A stretch of DNA of 64,000 bases, from positions 32,001 to 96,000 of IMG/VR virus record IMGVR_UViG_3300008952_000004. One strand, written 5' to 3'. The first letter of the stretch is position 1. Every line of letters begins with the position of its first letter. This stretch comes from a virus. The notes below the pieces were generated by a model. That model saw nothing but the letters and a program-made list of their open reading frames with translations. It searched no databases and had not been told where the DNA came from. This document shows positions 1-8,319 of this stretch, in pieces. A program made the translations under genes and the position numbers.

Positions 1-513
1 ATAAAAAAACATAAGTGGTATAATATTTGTTTTGTACCAGAATTTCTTAGAGAAAGATGTGCTTCTATTGATTTTGTCGAGAACCATGATGTATGTATAA
101 TCGGCACAAATGAAGATTGGATATATGATAAGGTAGTATCCGCCCATGGAAAGTACCCGCAGACCTTTTGTCGCTTGACTCCGACAGAAGCTGAATTGTC
201 TAAGTATTTTAATAACATTTATAATGCAACTCTGATCACATTTGCAAATAGTTTTTTTGAAGTGTGTGAGGCAGTCGGCGCCGATTATACTAATGTAAAA
301 AATGCGATTACAACTCGAACACATATTCAGGATATATATCTTGATTGTAATAAAAACTTTAGGGGCTTTGGCGGCATGTGCTTACCCAAGGATACTAAAG
401 CTATAGCCGCACTTTGTAAAGAAAGAAACATCAGTGTGAACTTTTTCAAATCACTTTTGGAAGAAAATAACAAATATAAAATAACAGTGTTTGAAGGGAT
501 GAGGTTAAAATGA
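1..513 (+). CDS. ugd: UDP-glucose/GDP-mannose dehydrogenase family protein, 5'-truncated by the window
   Basis: Frame 1 is open from base 1 (IKKHKWYNICFVPEFLRE...). Contains the PEFLRE motif, EAELSKYFNN and GFGGMCLPKD (catalytic Cys). Confidence 0.9.
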   Translation: MKKHKWYNICFVPEFLRERCASIDFVENHDVCIIGTNEDWIYDKVVSAHGKYPQTFCRLTPTEAELSKYFNNIYNATLITFANSFFEVCEAVGADYTNVKNAITTRTHIQDIYLDCNKNFRGFGGMCLPKDTKAIAALCKERNISVNFFKSLLEENNKYKITVFEGMRLK

Positions 514-1238
514 GTAGAGAAAAAAAGATGAAAATTTTGATTCCGTTAGCAGGCGCCGGTTCTCGATTCTTTAAGGAAGGGTATACAGATCCGAAACCTC
601 TTATTGATGTTGCAGGAAAGCCAATGATACGTCGGGTTATTGAAAATATTGACATGCCAGAAATGGAACACATCTTTATTGTTCAAAAGTCACACATTGA
701 AAAGTATCCTAAAATTAAAGAATATCTTAGTGGCTGCGTCCGACGGGCTACGCTAGTTGAGATTGATGGTTTGACTGAAGGGGCAGCTTGCACAACCTTA
801 TTAGCAGAAGAATACCTAGATGACAGTCCGCTCCTTATTGTGAATTCGGATCAATGGGTTGACTGGGTACCATCACACTTTGTTAACTTTTGCAAAGATT
901 TGGACGGCTGCATTCCTTTCTTTTTATCAGACAGTCCAAAGCACTCATACTCTAGAGTGAACTACGAAACGGGTTTGGTAACTCAGGTCGCAGAAAAGCA
1001 GGTTATAAGTAATTTTGCCACAGTCGGGATATATTATTGGAAAAGTGGAAAAGAATATATCGATTGTGTTAAAGAGATGATTCGCAAAGACATCAGATTC
1101 AACAATGAATTTTACATTTGTCCCGTCTATAACATTTTGATAAATTCTAGAGGCGGGCAGGTAAAACCTTATCCAGTGTTTGAAATGAGGGGAATGGGAA
1201 CTCCCCAGGAACTAGAAAAATTTATAAATAAACTTTAA
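510..1238 (+). CDS. Sugar-phosphate nucleotidyltransferase (NTP_transferase fold)
   Basis: N-terminal LIPLAGAGSRF..GY..PKPLI signature; EGAACT, IVNSDQ, AEKQVIS, ATVGIYYW. ATGA overlap with ugd. Confidence 0.88.
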   Translation: MSREKKMKILIPLAGAGSRFFKEGYTDPKPLIDVAGKPMIRRVIENIDMPEMEHIFIVQKSHIEKYPKIKEYLSGCVRRATLVEIDGLTEGAACTTLLAEEYLDDSPLLIVNSDQWVDWVPSHFVNFCKDLDGCIPFFLSDSPKHSYSRVNYETGLVTQVAEKQVISNFATVGIYYWKSGKEYIDCVKEMIRKDIRFNNEFYICPVYNILINSRGGQVKPYPVFEMRGMGTPQELEKFINKL

Positions 1239-1252
1239 TTAAGGAGAAATAG

Positions 1253-2443
1253 ATGCGCTTGTTTAAGAGCCTTAAAGAAATTGATTTAGACAAATATATT
1301 ATTTGCACTTATTATTTGCAATCAAGCACTACGCTTCGTGACGCGGCTTGGGCTCTGGCAATCGGACAAAGTGTGGGCAATCCAAATGTAAGAAATCGCT
1401 GGGAAACAGATAAATTGTTTGAAGAACATTCTTGTCTGATCGTTGGGACAGAGGAATCCCTTGCATCCGTCAAAGCGGGCACAATCCAAATCGCTTTTCC
1501 TATTGTGAACACGGATTTCAGAACTGATGGCGTTTCACATCTACTCTGTCAGTTTATGGGTGGACAAATGGACATTGATATAGTTGAAAAGTGTCATCTA
1601 AATAAAGTTGAAATACCAAAAAGAATAGAACAGAAATATTTTCTTAAACCAAAATATGGAATTGACGGTATTAGAAAGTTTACTGGCGTCGGCGAAAAAC
1701 CACTACTTGGCGGCATCGTCAAGCCAAAAATTGGTGTAGATAGCAGGGTATTATTAGAGATGGTCAAAGAGATGGTTCAGGGCGGAGTGAACTTCATTAA
1801 AGAGGACGAAATAATGTCAAACCCTGCTTGTTGCCCGATAGAAGAAAGAGTGCCTCTGATCATGGAATATATTAAAGATAAAAATGTAATTTATTCAGTT
1901 TGTGTTAATAGCGACCCGGCACAGGTAATTGAACGGGTCAAAAAAGTTCACAGTATGGGAGCTAATTCGATCCATATAAATTTTTGGAGCGGCTTGGGAG
2001 TATATAAATCAATTCGAGAATTGGACTTACCCTTATTCATACATTTTCAAAAAAGCGGCGACAAAATTTTAACAAACAAAGAACACGCTTATCATATTTC
2101 TTGGGATGTTATTTGTGATTTGGCTGGACTAATGGGTGTTGATTTTATACATGCCGGTATGTGGGGTGGGTATATGTCAGACAACGAAACCTCACTTAGA
2201 CAAACATTACAAATTTTACATAATAGACAGGTGATGCCAGCGCTAAGTTGTGGGATGCATCCCGGTCTTGTGCAAGCAATTAATGAAAAGTTTGGTGTGA
2301 ATTACCTTGCCAATGTCGGCGGCGCCCTCCACGGTCATCCGAAAGGAACACTTGGCGGGGCAATGGCAATGCGGCAAGCAATCGATAATACTCCATCAGA
2401 GGAATATAATATTGCAATTGATAAGTGGGGCTTGATCAAATGA
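1253..2443 (+). CDS. RuBisCO-like protein (form IV RLP)
   Basis: IVKPKIG (K175/K177), GGVNFIKEDE (K201/D203/E204), IHAG, ALSCGMHPG, VGGALHGHPKG. Lacks equivalents of E60, N123, H294 and K334. AAGGAG RBS. Confidence 0.93.
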   Translation: MRLFKSLKEIDLDKYIICTYYLQSSTTLRDAAWALAIGQSVGNPNVRNRWETDKLFEEHSCLIVGTEESLASVKAGTIQIAFPIVNTDFRTDGVSHLLCQFMGGQMDIDIVEKCHLNKVEIPKRIEQKYFLKPKYGIDGIRKFTGVGEKPLLGGIVKPKIGVDSRVLLEMVKEMVQGGVNFIKEDEIMSNPACCPIEERVPLIMEYIKDKNVIYSVCVNSDPAQVIERVKKVHSMGANSIHINFWSGLGVYKSIRELDLPLFIHFQKSGDKILTNKEHAYHISWDVICDLAGLMGVDFIHAGMWGGYMSDNETSLRQTLQILHNRQVMPALSCGMHPGLVQAINEKFGVNYLANVGGALHGHPKGTLGGAMAMRQAIDNTPSEEYNIAIDKWGLIK

Positions 2444-2880
2444 TCGTGATTTCCCATAGGGGATATGAAAGTGGGGAAAATGATAAGTTGGAGAATAACC
2501 CTCTCCAGATAAGAAGGCTTTTGAGTATGGGCATAGATGTAGAGATAGATGTGTCATATGACGGTCGTTTTTTCCTGGGACACAATAGTGGCAAGTATGA
2601 AATCGATATTGATTTTTTAAAACAGGACGGGCTCTGGTGTCACGCAAAAGATAGTCTGGCATTTGAACTGATGCTGCAAAGCGGTGTGCACTGTTTTTGG
2701 CATCAGTGTGACGACTATACTTTGACCAGCCGAGGCATAATCTGGGCTTATCCCTCAAAAGACTTGCACAATCTGCATCAATCGGTGTTATTATTTCCAG
2801 AAAATATCCCCGGTGGATTAACAAGTGCTCAGCGGGAAAATCTTTACGCGATATGTACTGATTTTCCGTTTCTATATTAG
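2440..2880 (+). CDS. Short GDPD/PI-PLC-like phosphodiesterase-fold protein
   Basis: MIVISHRG...ENNP...DVEIDV...LGH...WCHAK...FWHQ.DDYTLTSRG.IWAYP. Start placed at the ATGA overlap with the RLP stop. Confidence 0.7.
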   Translation: MIVISHRGYESGENDKLENNPLQIRRLLSMGIDVEIDVSYDGRFFLGHNSGKYEIDIDFLKQDGLWCHAKDSLAFELMLQSGVHCFWHQCDDYTLTSRGIIWAYPSKDLHNLHQSVLLFPENIPGGLTSAQRENLYAICTDFPFLY

Positions 2881-2892
2881 GAGTAATTTTTT

Positions 2893-3633
2893 ATGAAAGT
2901 TGGAACAGTAATAACAATGTATGACGAACATCCGATTGCTCTTAAAAGCGTGACGGAAATAAAAAAAACGATACCAGATAGTACAATCATACTGGTGCAC
3001 TCAGATGATTGTCAAGAAACATCAGAATTAATAGCCCTCAAGGAGATGGTTACTGAATATATAATATTACCGGACATGTCTAAGGTGTTGACTAATCAAC
3101 AAGCACTGGGCGCCAATTGTATTGCTAGAAATTATAGTGCTGGATTTAAATCCCTTTATTCGTTGGGAAAACAATATGACCTAGTTGTGGCTTTGACAGC
3201 GGACACTCTTATAACCGACGGGGAATCATTTTCTAGGCGTCGGGAGGAAATGCTCCGCACCGAGCGTACAGCCTTGGTGTCACAGGCTATAGGACAGAAT
3301 TTCCATGCAGTAGCCAAGGATGGAAGTCGAATTGTTGAGGGTCGCCATCAGAGTCCTGAAATAACTGACTTTATGCCGCAGCTTTTTTTTCTTGACGGCA
3401 GTTTTGCAGCGAAACAAAGGGCGTTCGAAGACGTTGAAGTTACAAATCCGTATGCGTCGGAACAGTGTCTGGGCGATAACTTAGTTAATTGCTTGACAAA
3501 AGAAGATAAAACGTTCTATAATAGTGTTGGTAGATTAAACTGGTTCTCTCCTACATTCGCATATGCTTATGCAGATGGCGCGGAGTATCATGCATTGCAC
3601 GGCGGCATTCCAGCGGGAAGAGAAATAAAATGA
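2893..3633 (+). CDS. Possible GT-A/GT2-like glycosyltransferase
   Basis: N-terminal VITMYDE...IILVHSDD and YDLVVALTADT resemble the GT-A strand pattern; cluster context. No clear DxD motif. Confidence 0.4.
   Translation: MKVGTVITMYDEHPIALKSVTEIKKTIPDSTIILVHSDDCQETSELIALKEMVTEYIILPDMSKVLTNQQALGANCIARNYSAGFKSLYSLGKQYDLVVALTADTLITDGESFSRRREEMLRTERTALVSQAIGQNFHAVAKDGSRIVEGRHQSPEITDFMPQLFFLDGSFAAKQRAFEDVEVTNPYASEQCLGDNLVNCLTKEDKTFYNSVGRLNWFSPTFAYAYADGAEYHALHGGIPAGREIK
3493..3522 (+). promoter_or_regulatory. Consensus sigma70 promoter embedded in the 2893-3633 CDS
   Basis: TTGACA (3493-3498), 18-nt spacer, TATAAT (3517-3522); 108 nt upstream of the 3630 start. Confidence 0.7.
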
Positions 3634-4664
3634 AAAAAGTAATTATTACCGGTAGTCAAGGGTTCATAGGTTCTTATCTATGTACAGAATTTTTAGAAAG
3701 AGGATATGAAGTTGTGGGTATTGACAACTATTCCAAATATGGGGTGGTTAAAAGAGCACACGACAATCATCCAAACTTTTCTTTGTTTGAAATGGACATA
3801 TGTGAGCTAAATTCTAAAAAGGTGCAACCCCACCCATCATTTGCCGACGCTGATTATATTATAGCCAATGCAGCAATGATTGGCGGCATTAGTTACTTTC
3901 ACAAATATGCATACGACTTGTTGGCTACTAATGAGAGAATTTTAGCCTCGACATTTGATTTGGCTATCAGGCTTCATAAAGAATATAATTTAAAAAGAAT
4001 TCTTGTCTTGTCTAGTAGTATGGTATTCGAAAACACTAACAGATACCCAACTCCGGAGTACGAAGTGGAGACTTGCTCTCCACCCGCAAGTACATATGGC
4101 TTTCAGAAACTGGCATCGGAGTATTTTTGCCGAGGGGCTTATGAACAATATAAATTACCATATACAATTATAAGACCCTTTAATTGTGTCGGTATAGGCG
4201 AAGAAGAAGCAGTTGGCGAAGATGTCGTTATGTCGGGGAACATTAAAATGTTAATGAGCCATGTTCTCCCTGATCTGATTCATAAATCATTATTGTTAAG
4301 CCCCAACGATGCTTTGCCAATCCTTGGGGATGGTACACAGATTCGTCATTATACAAACGGTAAAGACATTGCAAAGGGGGTTAGAATTGCCCTAGAATCA
4401 GAAAAAGCAGTTAATGAGGATTTTAATATTTCATCCCCAGAGGCAACCACGGTTGCAGAATTAGCTGATCTTGTTTGGCAAAAAATTCACAATACAAAGG
4501 TTAAGTTTGAACATTGCCAGCCGTTTGAATATGATGTACAAATTAGAAGTCCGGACGTCAATAAAGCTAAAGATATTTTAGGTTTTATAACAGAAGTGAC
4601 TTTAGAGGAAAGTGTTGATGAGGTCATAGAATGGATGAGGAAACAAAATGAAAAATCTAGTTGA
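3630..4664 (+). CDS. NAD-dependent epimerase/dehydratase (extended SDR)
   Basis: ITGSQGFIG Rossmann motif, SSSMVFE, catalytic YGFQK, IRPFNCVG. Confidence 0.92.
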   Translation: MKKVIITGSQGFIGSYLCTEFLERGYEVVGIDNYSKYGVVKRAHDNHPNFSLFEMDICELNSKKVQPHPSFADADYIIANAAMIGGISYFHKYAYDLLATNERILASTFDLAIRLHKEYNLKRILVLSSSMVFENTNRYPTPEYEVETCSPPASTYGFQKLASEYFCRGAYEQYKLPYTIIRPFNCVGIGEEEAVGEDVVMSGNIKMLMSHVLPDLIHKSLLLSPNDALPILGDGTQIRHYTNGKDIAKGVRIALESEKAVNEDFNISSPEATTVAELADLVWQKIHNTKVKFEHCQPFEYDVQIRSPDVNKAKDILGFITEVTLEESVDEVIEWMRKQNEKSS

Positions 4665-4995
4665 TAAAATTATTAAAGAAGCAATACATAAATATGATGG
4701 AAGCTATACTTTGGATAACCCATTTGAAGAAATGATGAGCTTTGGGGAGTTGGTTGACCGATTATCAATTGTTAATTTCAAACTTTTTACTCTAAAAGAT
4801 GAGGTTATGAAACGTCCCGAAGATGACGACTTTAAGTCTTGGGCATCCGTTGAAGACGTTAAACTCGTTAAAGAACGTTCCCGACTTAAAAGATGCATTG
4901 ATGAGAAGATGGTTGCTATGATTACGCGAATCTCAGATGGAGACGCAAGTGGAGGATTTAATCCAGAAGTTAAAAAATATGGGGATAAAATATGA
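4648..4995 (+). CDS. DUF4254/DUF6165-like small helical protein
   Basis: SFGELVDRLSIVNFKLF...ERSRLKRCIDE resembles the family recalled from glycan loci. Confidence 0.5.
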   Translation: MKNLVDKIIKEAIHKYDGSYTLDNPFEEMMSFGELVDRLSIVNFKLFTLKDEVMKRPEDDDFKSWASVEDVKLVKERSRLKRCIDEKMVAMITRISDGDASGGFNPEVKKYGDKI

Positions 4996-5933
4996 AAATT
5001 TTAGTCGTAGGCGGCGCCGGTTACGTCGGTGGACATATGGTTGACCTCTTATCAAAGAATCATGATGTTACGGTATACGACCTTCTCTTATTCGAGAAGA
5101 GGTTTATGAAGCGAGTTAATTTTATTTATGGAGATGTGAGGGACACAGAAAAGCTAGGTACCATAATTAATGATTACGGTACTGTGGTGTGGCTAGCAGG
5201 TATGGTCGGCGACGGCGCATGCGCTGTAAATCCTGCCTTGACAACAGCAGTTAATTATGATTCAGTTAAGTGGCTTGTTGATAACTATAATGGAAGGATC
5301 GCTTTTCCATCAACTTGTTCAATCTATGGTATTAACAACGAACTTATTAATGAAGAGGCAAAACCAAATCCTTTGTCACTTTATGCCGCTACAAAACTTA
5401 AAGCAGAAAAATATATTCGAGCGAATGCGTCTGGTGAATATATTATCTTCAGGCTTGGTACTCTGTTTGGTTTAGGTGACGAGCATTCGCGTATACGACT
5501 GGACTTAGTAGCTAACATTCTTTCTATGCGCGCAGCTAAGGGACTTCCATTGACAGTATTTGGCGGCGAACAATGGCGACCCTTATTACATGTTAAAGAT
5601 GCTGCCCGAGCCTTTGTGTATGCAATAGAGAATAATGTTGCAGGTTATTATAATCTTTCGTACAAAAATTATACGATACAAAGTTTGGCAGAAGAAATAT
5701 CAGATTATATACCGAATACTGAGATTAAATATGTAGATATGCCGTTTGAGGATTTAAGAAATTACAAAGTTAATAATTCTAAGTTCTCGGAATATGATTG
5801 GAAACCCAAATATTCCCTTAAAAACGGGGTCGAAGAAGTGTATAATCTTATTATCCAACAAAGAATTAAGGATACAAACGATATGATATATTCAAATGCT
5901 AGATATATAAAGGAAATCGAGGGAGACAAATAA
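4992..5933 (+). CDS. Extended SDR resembling NDP-sugar C4-dehydrogenases (Cj1427-like) or epimerases
   Basis: VGGAGYVG, LAGMVGDGAC, STCSIYG, YAATK, FRLGTLFG, RLDLVAN, DLRNYKV. Confidence 0.88.
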   Translation: MKILVVGGAGYVGGHMVDLLSKNHDVTVYDLLLFEKRFMKRVNFIYGDVRDTEKLGTIINDYGTVVWLAGMVGDGACAVNPALTTAVNYDSVKWLVDNYNGRIAFPSTCSIYGINNELINEEAKPNPLSLYAATKLKAEKYIRANASGEYIIFRLGTLFGLGDEHSRIRLDLVANILSMRAAKGLPLTVFGGEQWRPLLHVKDAARAFVYAIENNVAGYYNLSYKNYTIQSLAEEISDYIPNTEIKYVDMPFEDLRNYKVNNSKFSEYDWKPKYSLKNGVEEVYNLIIQQRIKDTNDMIYSNARYIKEIEGDK

Positions 5934-6355
5934 TGGGTATTCAATTGATTGAAGGTGGAATGTTCGCTGATGATCGCGGCAAATTGAGGTTTGTGAATGG
6001 GTTTGATTTTTCTAATGTGAAAAGATTTTATCAAGTGGAAAATCATCGTCAAGGGTTCATACGGGCTTGGCACGGACATGTAAAAGAGGGGAAGTATGTT
6101 TATGTGGCTAGCGGTACCGCTCTGGTTGGCGCCGTCCCACTGGACGATGATACTGTCACACCTAAGAAATATGTTTTAACTTCTGAAAAGCCACAGGTTT
6201 TGTGGATTCCTCCGAATCACGCTAATGGGTTTATGAATCTTGAAGAAGGTACAGTTATATTGTTCTTCTCAACTTCTACCTTAGAAGAGAGTAAGGGGGA
6301 CGATATTAGATTTCCTTATGACAAGTGGAACATTTGGGAGGAGGATTATCGATAA
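5933..6355 (+). CDS. RmlC/WxcM-like cupin, NDP-sugar 3,5-epimerase family
   Basis: DDRGKLRF, RAWHGH, LWIPPNHANGF. Confidence 0.88.
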   Translation: MGIQLIEGGMFADDRGKLRFVNGFDFSNVKRFYQVENHRQGFIRAWHGHVKEGKYVYVASGTALVGAVPLDDDTVTPKKYVLTSEKPQVLWIPPNHANGFMNLEEGTVILFFSTSTLEESKGDDIRFPYDKWNIWEEDYR

Positions 6356-6645
6356 TGACTTTTAAACAATACTATGATTATTATTTAAGCTTACACCAAA
6401 ACAAATGGACCCGTCGCTTACACGTTATGGGGCAGGCGGCAACAGTCTTATTTGTTATTTTGTGTGTATCTAAAGGCGCTTGGTTAGCACTCTTATTTGC
6501 CCCTTTTGTTGTGTATCCTTTCGCTTGGAGCGGTCATTTCTTTTTTGAGAAAAATATACCGGCTGCTTTTTCTAAACCCATCTGGGCTAAAGCGTGTGAT
6601 TGGCTAATGTTAAGAGATATTATTTTTGGGAGAATAAAATGGTAA
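6355..6645 (+). CDS. DUF962 / Mpo1-like membrane protein
   Basis: YYLSLHQNKWTRRLH, two hydrophobic segments, PFAWSGHFFFEKNIPA. Start at the TAATG overlap. Confidence 0.85.
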   Translation: MTFKQYYDYYLSLHQNKWTRRLHVMGQAATVLFVILCVSKGAWLALLFAPFVVYPFAWSGHFFFEKNIPAAFSKPIWAKACDWLMLRDIIFGRIKW

Positions 6646-7469
6646 AAGTACTAATTCTTGGAAGCACCGGCATGCTCGGCAATGCTGTTGGCAAGTGGTT
6701 TTCTAAACAGTCTGACCGGTATGAAGTGACATTCACTCACAGGGATTATGATTTAGCTAGCACATATTATGAAGACAAAAATCTTCTTCATTTTGATTGT
6801 TTGGAGGATAAGTTAGTTGATCTTGATTTATCTGGGTATGATTATGTCATTAATTGTATTGGTACAATTAAACCATTTATGTCCTCAAACCCACTATCTG
6901 CAATTAAAATAAATTCTGTTTTTCCCTGGACACTGGCTTGTGTCTGCAAGGGCGCAGGCGCAAAGCTGATTCACATTACAACTGATTGCGTATATTCAGG
7001 GGCGGTAGGACAGTATACTGAAGATGATGAGCACGATGCGCGAGATGCATATGGAAAAAGTAAGTCTCTCGGCGAACCAGATAACTGTATGGTACTGAGA
7101 ACGAGTATTATTGGCGAAGAAGTTCATAAAAACGCTAGCTTGATTGAGTGGGTAAAAAGTCAACGAGGCAACACAGTCAATGGCTATATTAACCACGACT
7201 GGAATGGAATCACAACCACTCAGTATGCGAAGACCTGCGACTATATCATTTCGAACGATATGTATGTTGAGGGTACGTACCACGTGATGTCGCCGAAACC
7301 AGTCAATAAATATGAGCTTGTTACTCTGCTCGGACAGAAATATAATTTAGATCTAACGGTCAATGAATTCGAAGCATCGATTAGAGTTGATCGCACACTT
7401 GGAACTGTAAAGAGTTTGTGTGGGGATTTGAACATACCATCCATCCAACAACAAATAGCGGAGATGTAA
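6639..7469 (+). CDS. rmlD: dTDP-4-dehydrorhamnose reductase-like protein
   Basis: ILGSTGMLG, VINCIG, IHITTDCVYSG, YGKSK, LRTSIIG, WNGITT. Confidence 0.85.
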   Translation: MVKVLILGSTGMLGNAVGKWFSKQSDRYEVTFTHRDYDLASTYYEDKNLLHFDCLEDKLVDLDLSGYDYVINCIGTIKPFMSSNPLSAIKINSVFPWTLACVCKGAGAKLIHITTDCVYSGAVGQYTEDDEHDARDAYGKSKSLGEPDNCMVLRTSIIGEEVHKNASLIEWVKSQRGNTVNGYINHDWNGITTTQYAKTCDYIISNDMYVEGTYHVMSPKPVNKYELVTLLGQKYNLDLTVNEFEASIRVDRTLGTVKSLCGDLNIPSIQQQIAEM

Positions 7470-7471
7470 AG

Positions 7472-7666
7472 GTGAATTTAGATTTATCAAAGCAAGAATT
7501 AACAGTACTCAGAAACCACTTAGCGAAGGAGTTGAAATATTTTTATCAAACTCCCACTGAGTGGGATTTTTGGAAAGAAACTTGCCATTTAGAAGAAATG
7601 GACTTAATCTTAAAAAAGATCGATTATCATTTAGATTTAATGAAAAAACATACAGGAGAAAAATAA
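7472..7666 (+). CDS. Hypothetical protein, 64 aa
   Basis: GTG start just after the rmlD stop; TAATG coupling to the next gene. Confidence 0.5.
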   Translation: MNLDLSKQELTVLRNHLAKELKYFYQTPTEWDFWKETCHLEEMDLILKKIDYHLDLMKKHTGEK

Positions 7667-7869
7667 TGAAATTATCAGATCAAGCAATTACTTGCCTTAT
7701 GGGCGCTTTACAAAAATGTATTTTAGAACAAACAGATATCACAAACCTTTTGAGGAATTTTGATTTTGATAAGGCTCCGGAAAATAAAAGGTGGGGTGGG
7801 AACGGCGCCCTAGTGGTTACAAATCCGCCTACAATCCAGATGCAAGTACCACAAAAAGAAGATAAATAA
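7666..7869 (+). CDS. Hypothetical protein, 67 aa
   Basis: AGGAG RBS; TAATG overlaps at both ends. Confidence 0.7.
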   Translation: MKLSDQAITCLMGALQKCILEQTDITNLLRNFDFDKAPENKRWGGNGALVVTNPPTIQMQVPQKEDK

Positions 7870-8129
7870 TGCCAGAGTACGCTTACAAGTGCAAATCTTG
7901 TGAGATAGTGTTTGAAATCTATCACTCAATAAAAGAGAAGTTGGAGGATTGTGATCACTGTGGAGAAAATTCTTCGTTAGAGCGAATCCCCTCTTTACCA
8001 TTAATCTTAAAAAGAAATAATAATAATGGTATAATGGGAAAGCCCGGAGAGATAGTGAAAGACTTTATATCTGACGCAAAAGAAGAAATGAAAAGAGAAA
8101 AGAAAAGACTCTCTGAGAGGGAAAAATAA
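7869..8129 (+). CDS. FmdB-family zinc ribbon protein
   Basis: MPEYAYKCKSC...DCDHCG...LERIPS signature. Confidence 0.88.
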   Translation: MPEYAYKCKSCEIVFEIYHSIKEKLEDCDHCGENSSLERIPSLPLILKRNNNNGIMGKPGEIVKDFISDAKEEMKREKKRLSEREK

Positions 8130-8130
8130 A

Positions 8131-8319
8131 ATGGAATATACACAAGAATTTTATATTATGGTCACAAGCTTGGTATTGAATGTGATTTTGGGATTTATTA
8201 TTTATACTTTAAAATCGAGAGAAAAATATATTTTAAGAACATCCCAAGACATGATTCAGATATCAGAATCGTTTTCAAAAGAATTGCAAAAACTAAAACA
8301 TGAGGTTGATGAATCCTGA
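8131..8319 (+). CDS. Small membrane protein
   Basis: One N-terminal TM segment followed by a coiled coil. Confidence 0.6.
   Translation: MEYTQEFYIMVTSLVLNVILGFIIYTLKSREKYILRTSQDMIQISESFSKELQKLKHEVDES

Noticed and set aside
1253-2443. RuBisCO as a CO2-fixation auxiliary gene
   Set aside because: Equivalents of E60, N123, H294 and K334 are missing, and there is no PRK or small subunit nearby.
5238-5261. Other TTGACA hexamers (e.g. 3721, 5238, 5550, 39271, 49948)
   Set aside because: No TAnnnT box at 16-18 nt spacing.
1-7469. Host chromosomal O-antigen locus or giant-virus origin
   Set aside because: Contiguous, same-strand and coupled to phage genes, with no flippase or polymerase; SD sites and T4-like TerL and portal point to a bacteriophage. 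Read-level confirmation was not possible.
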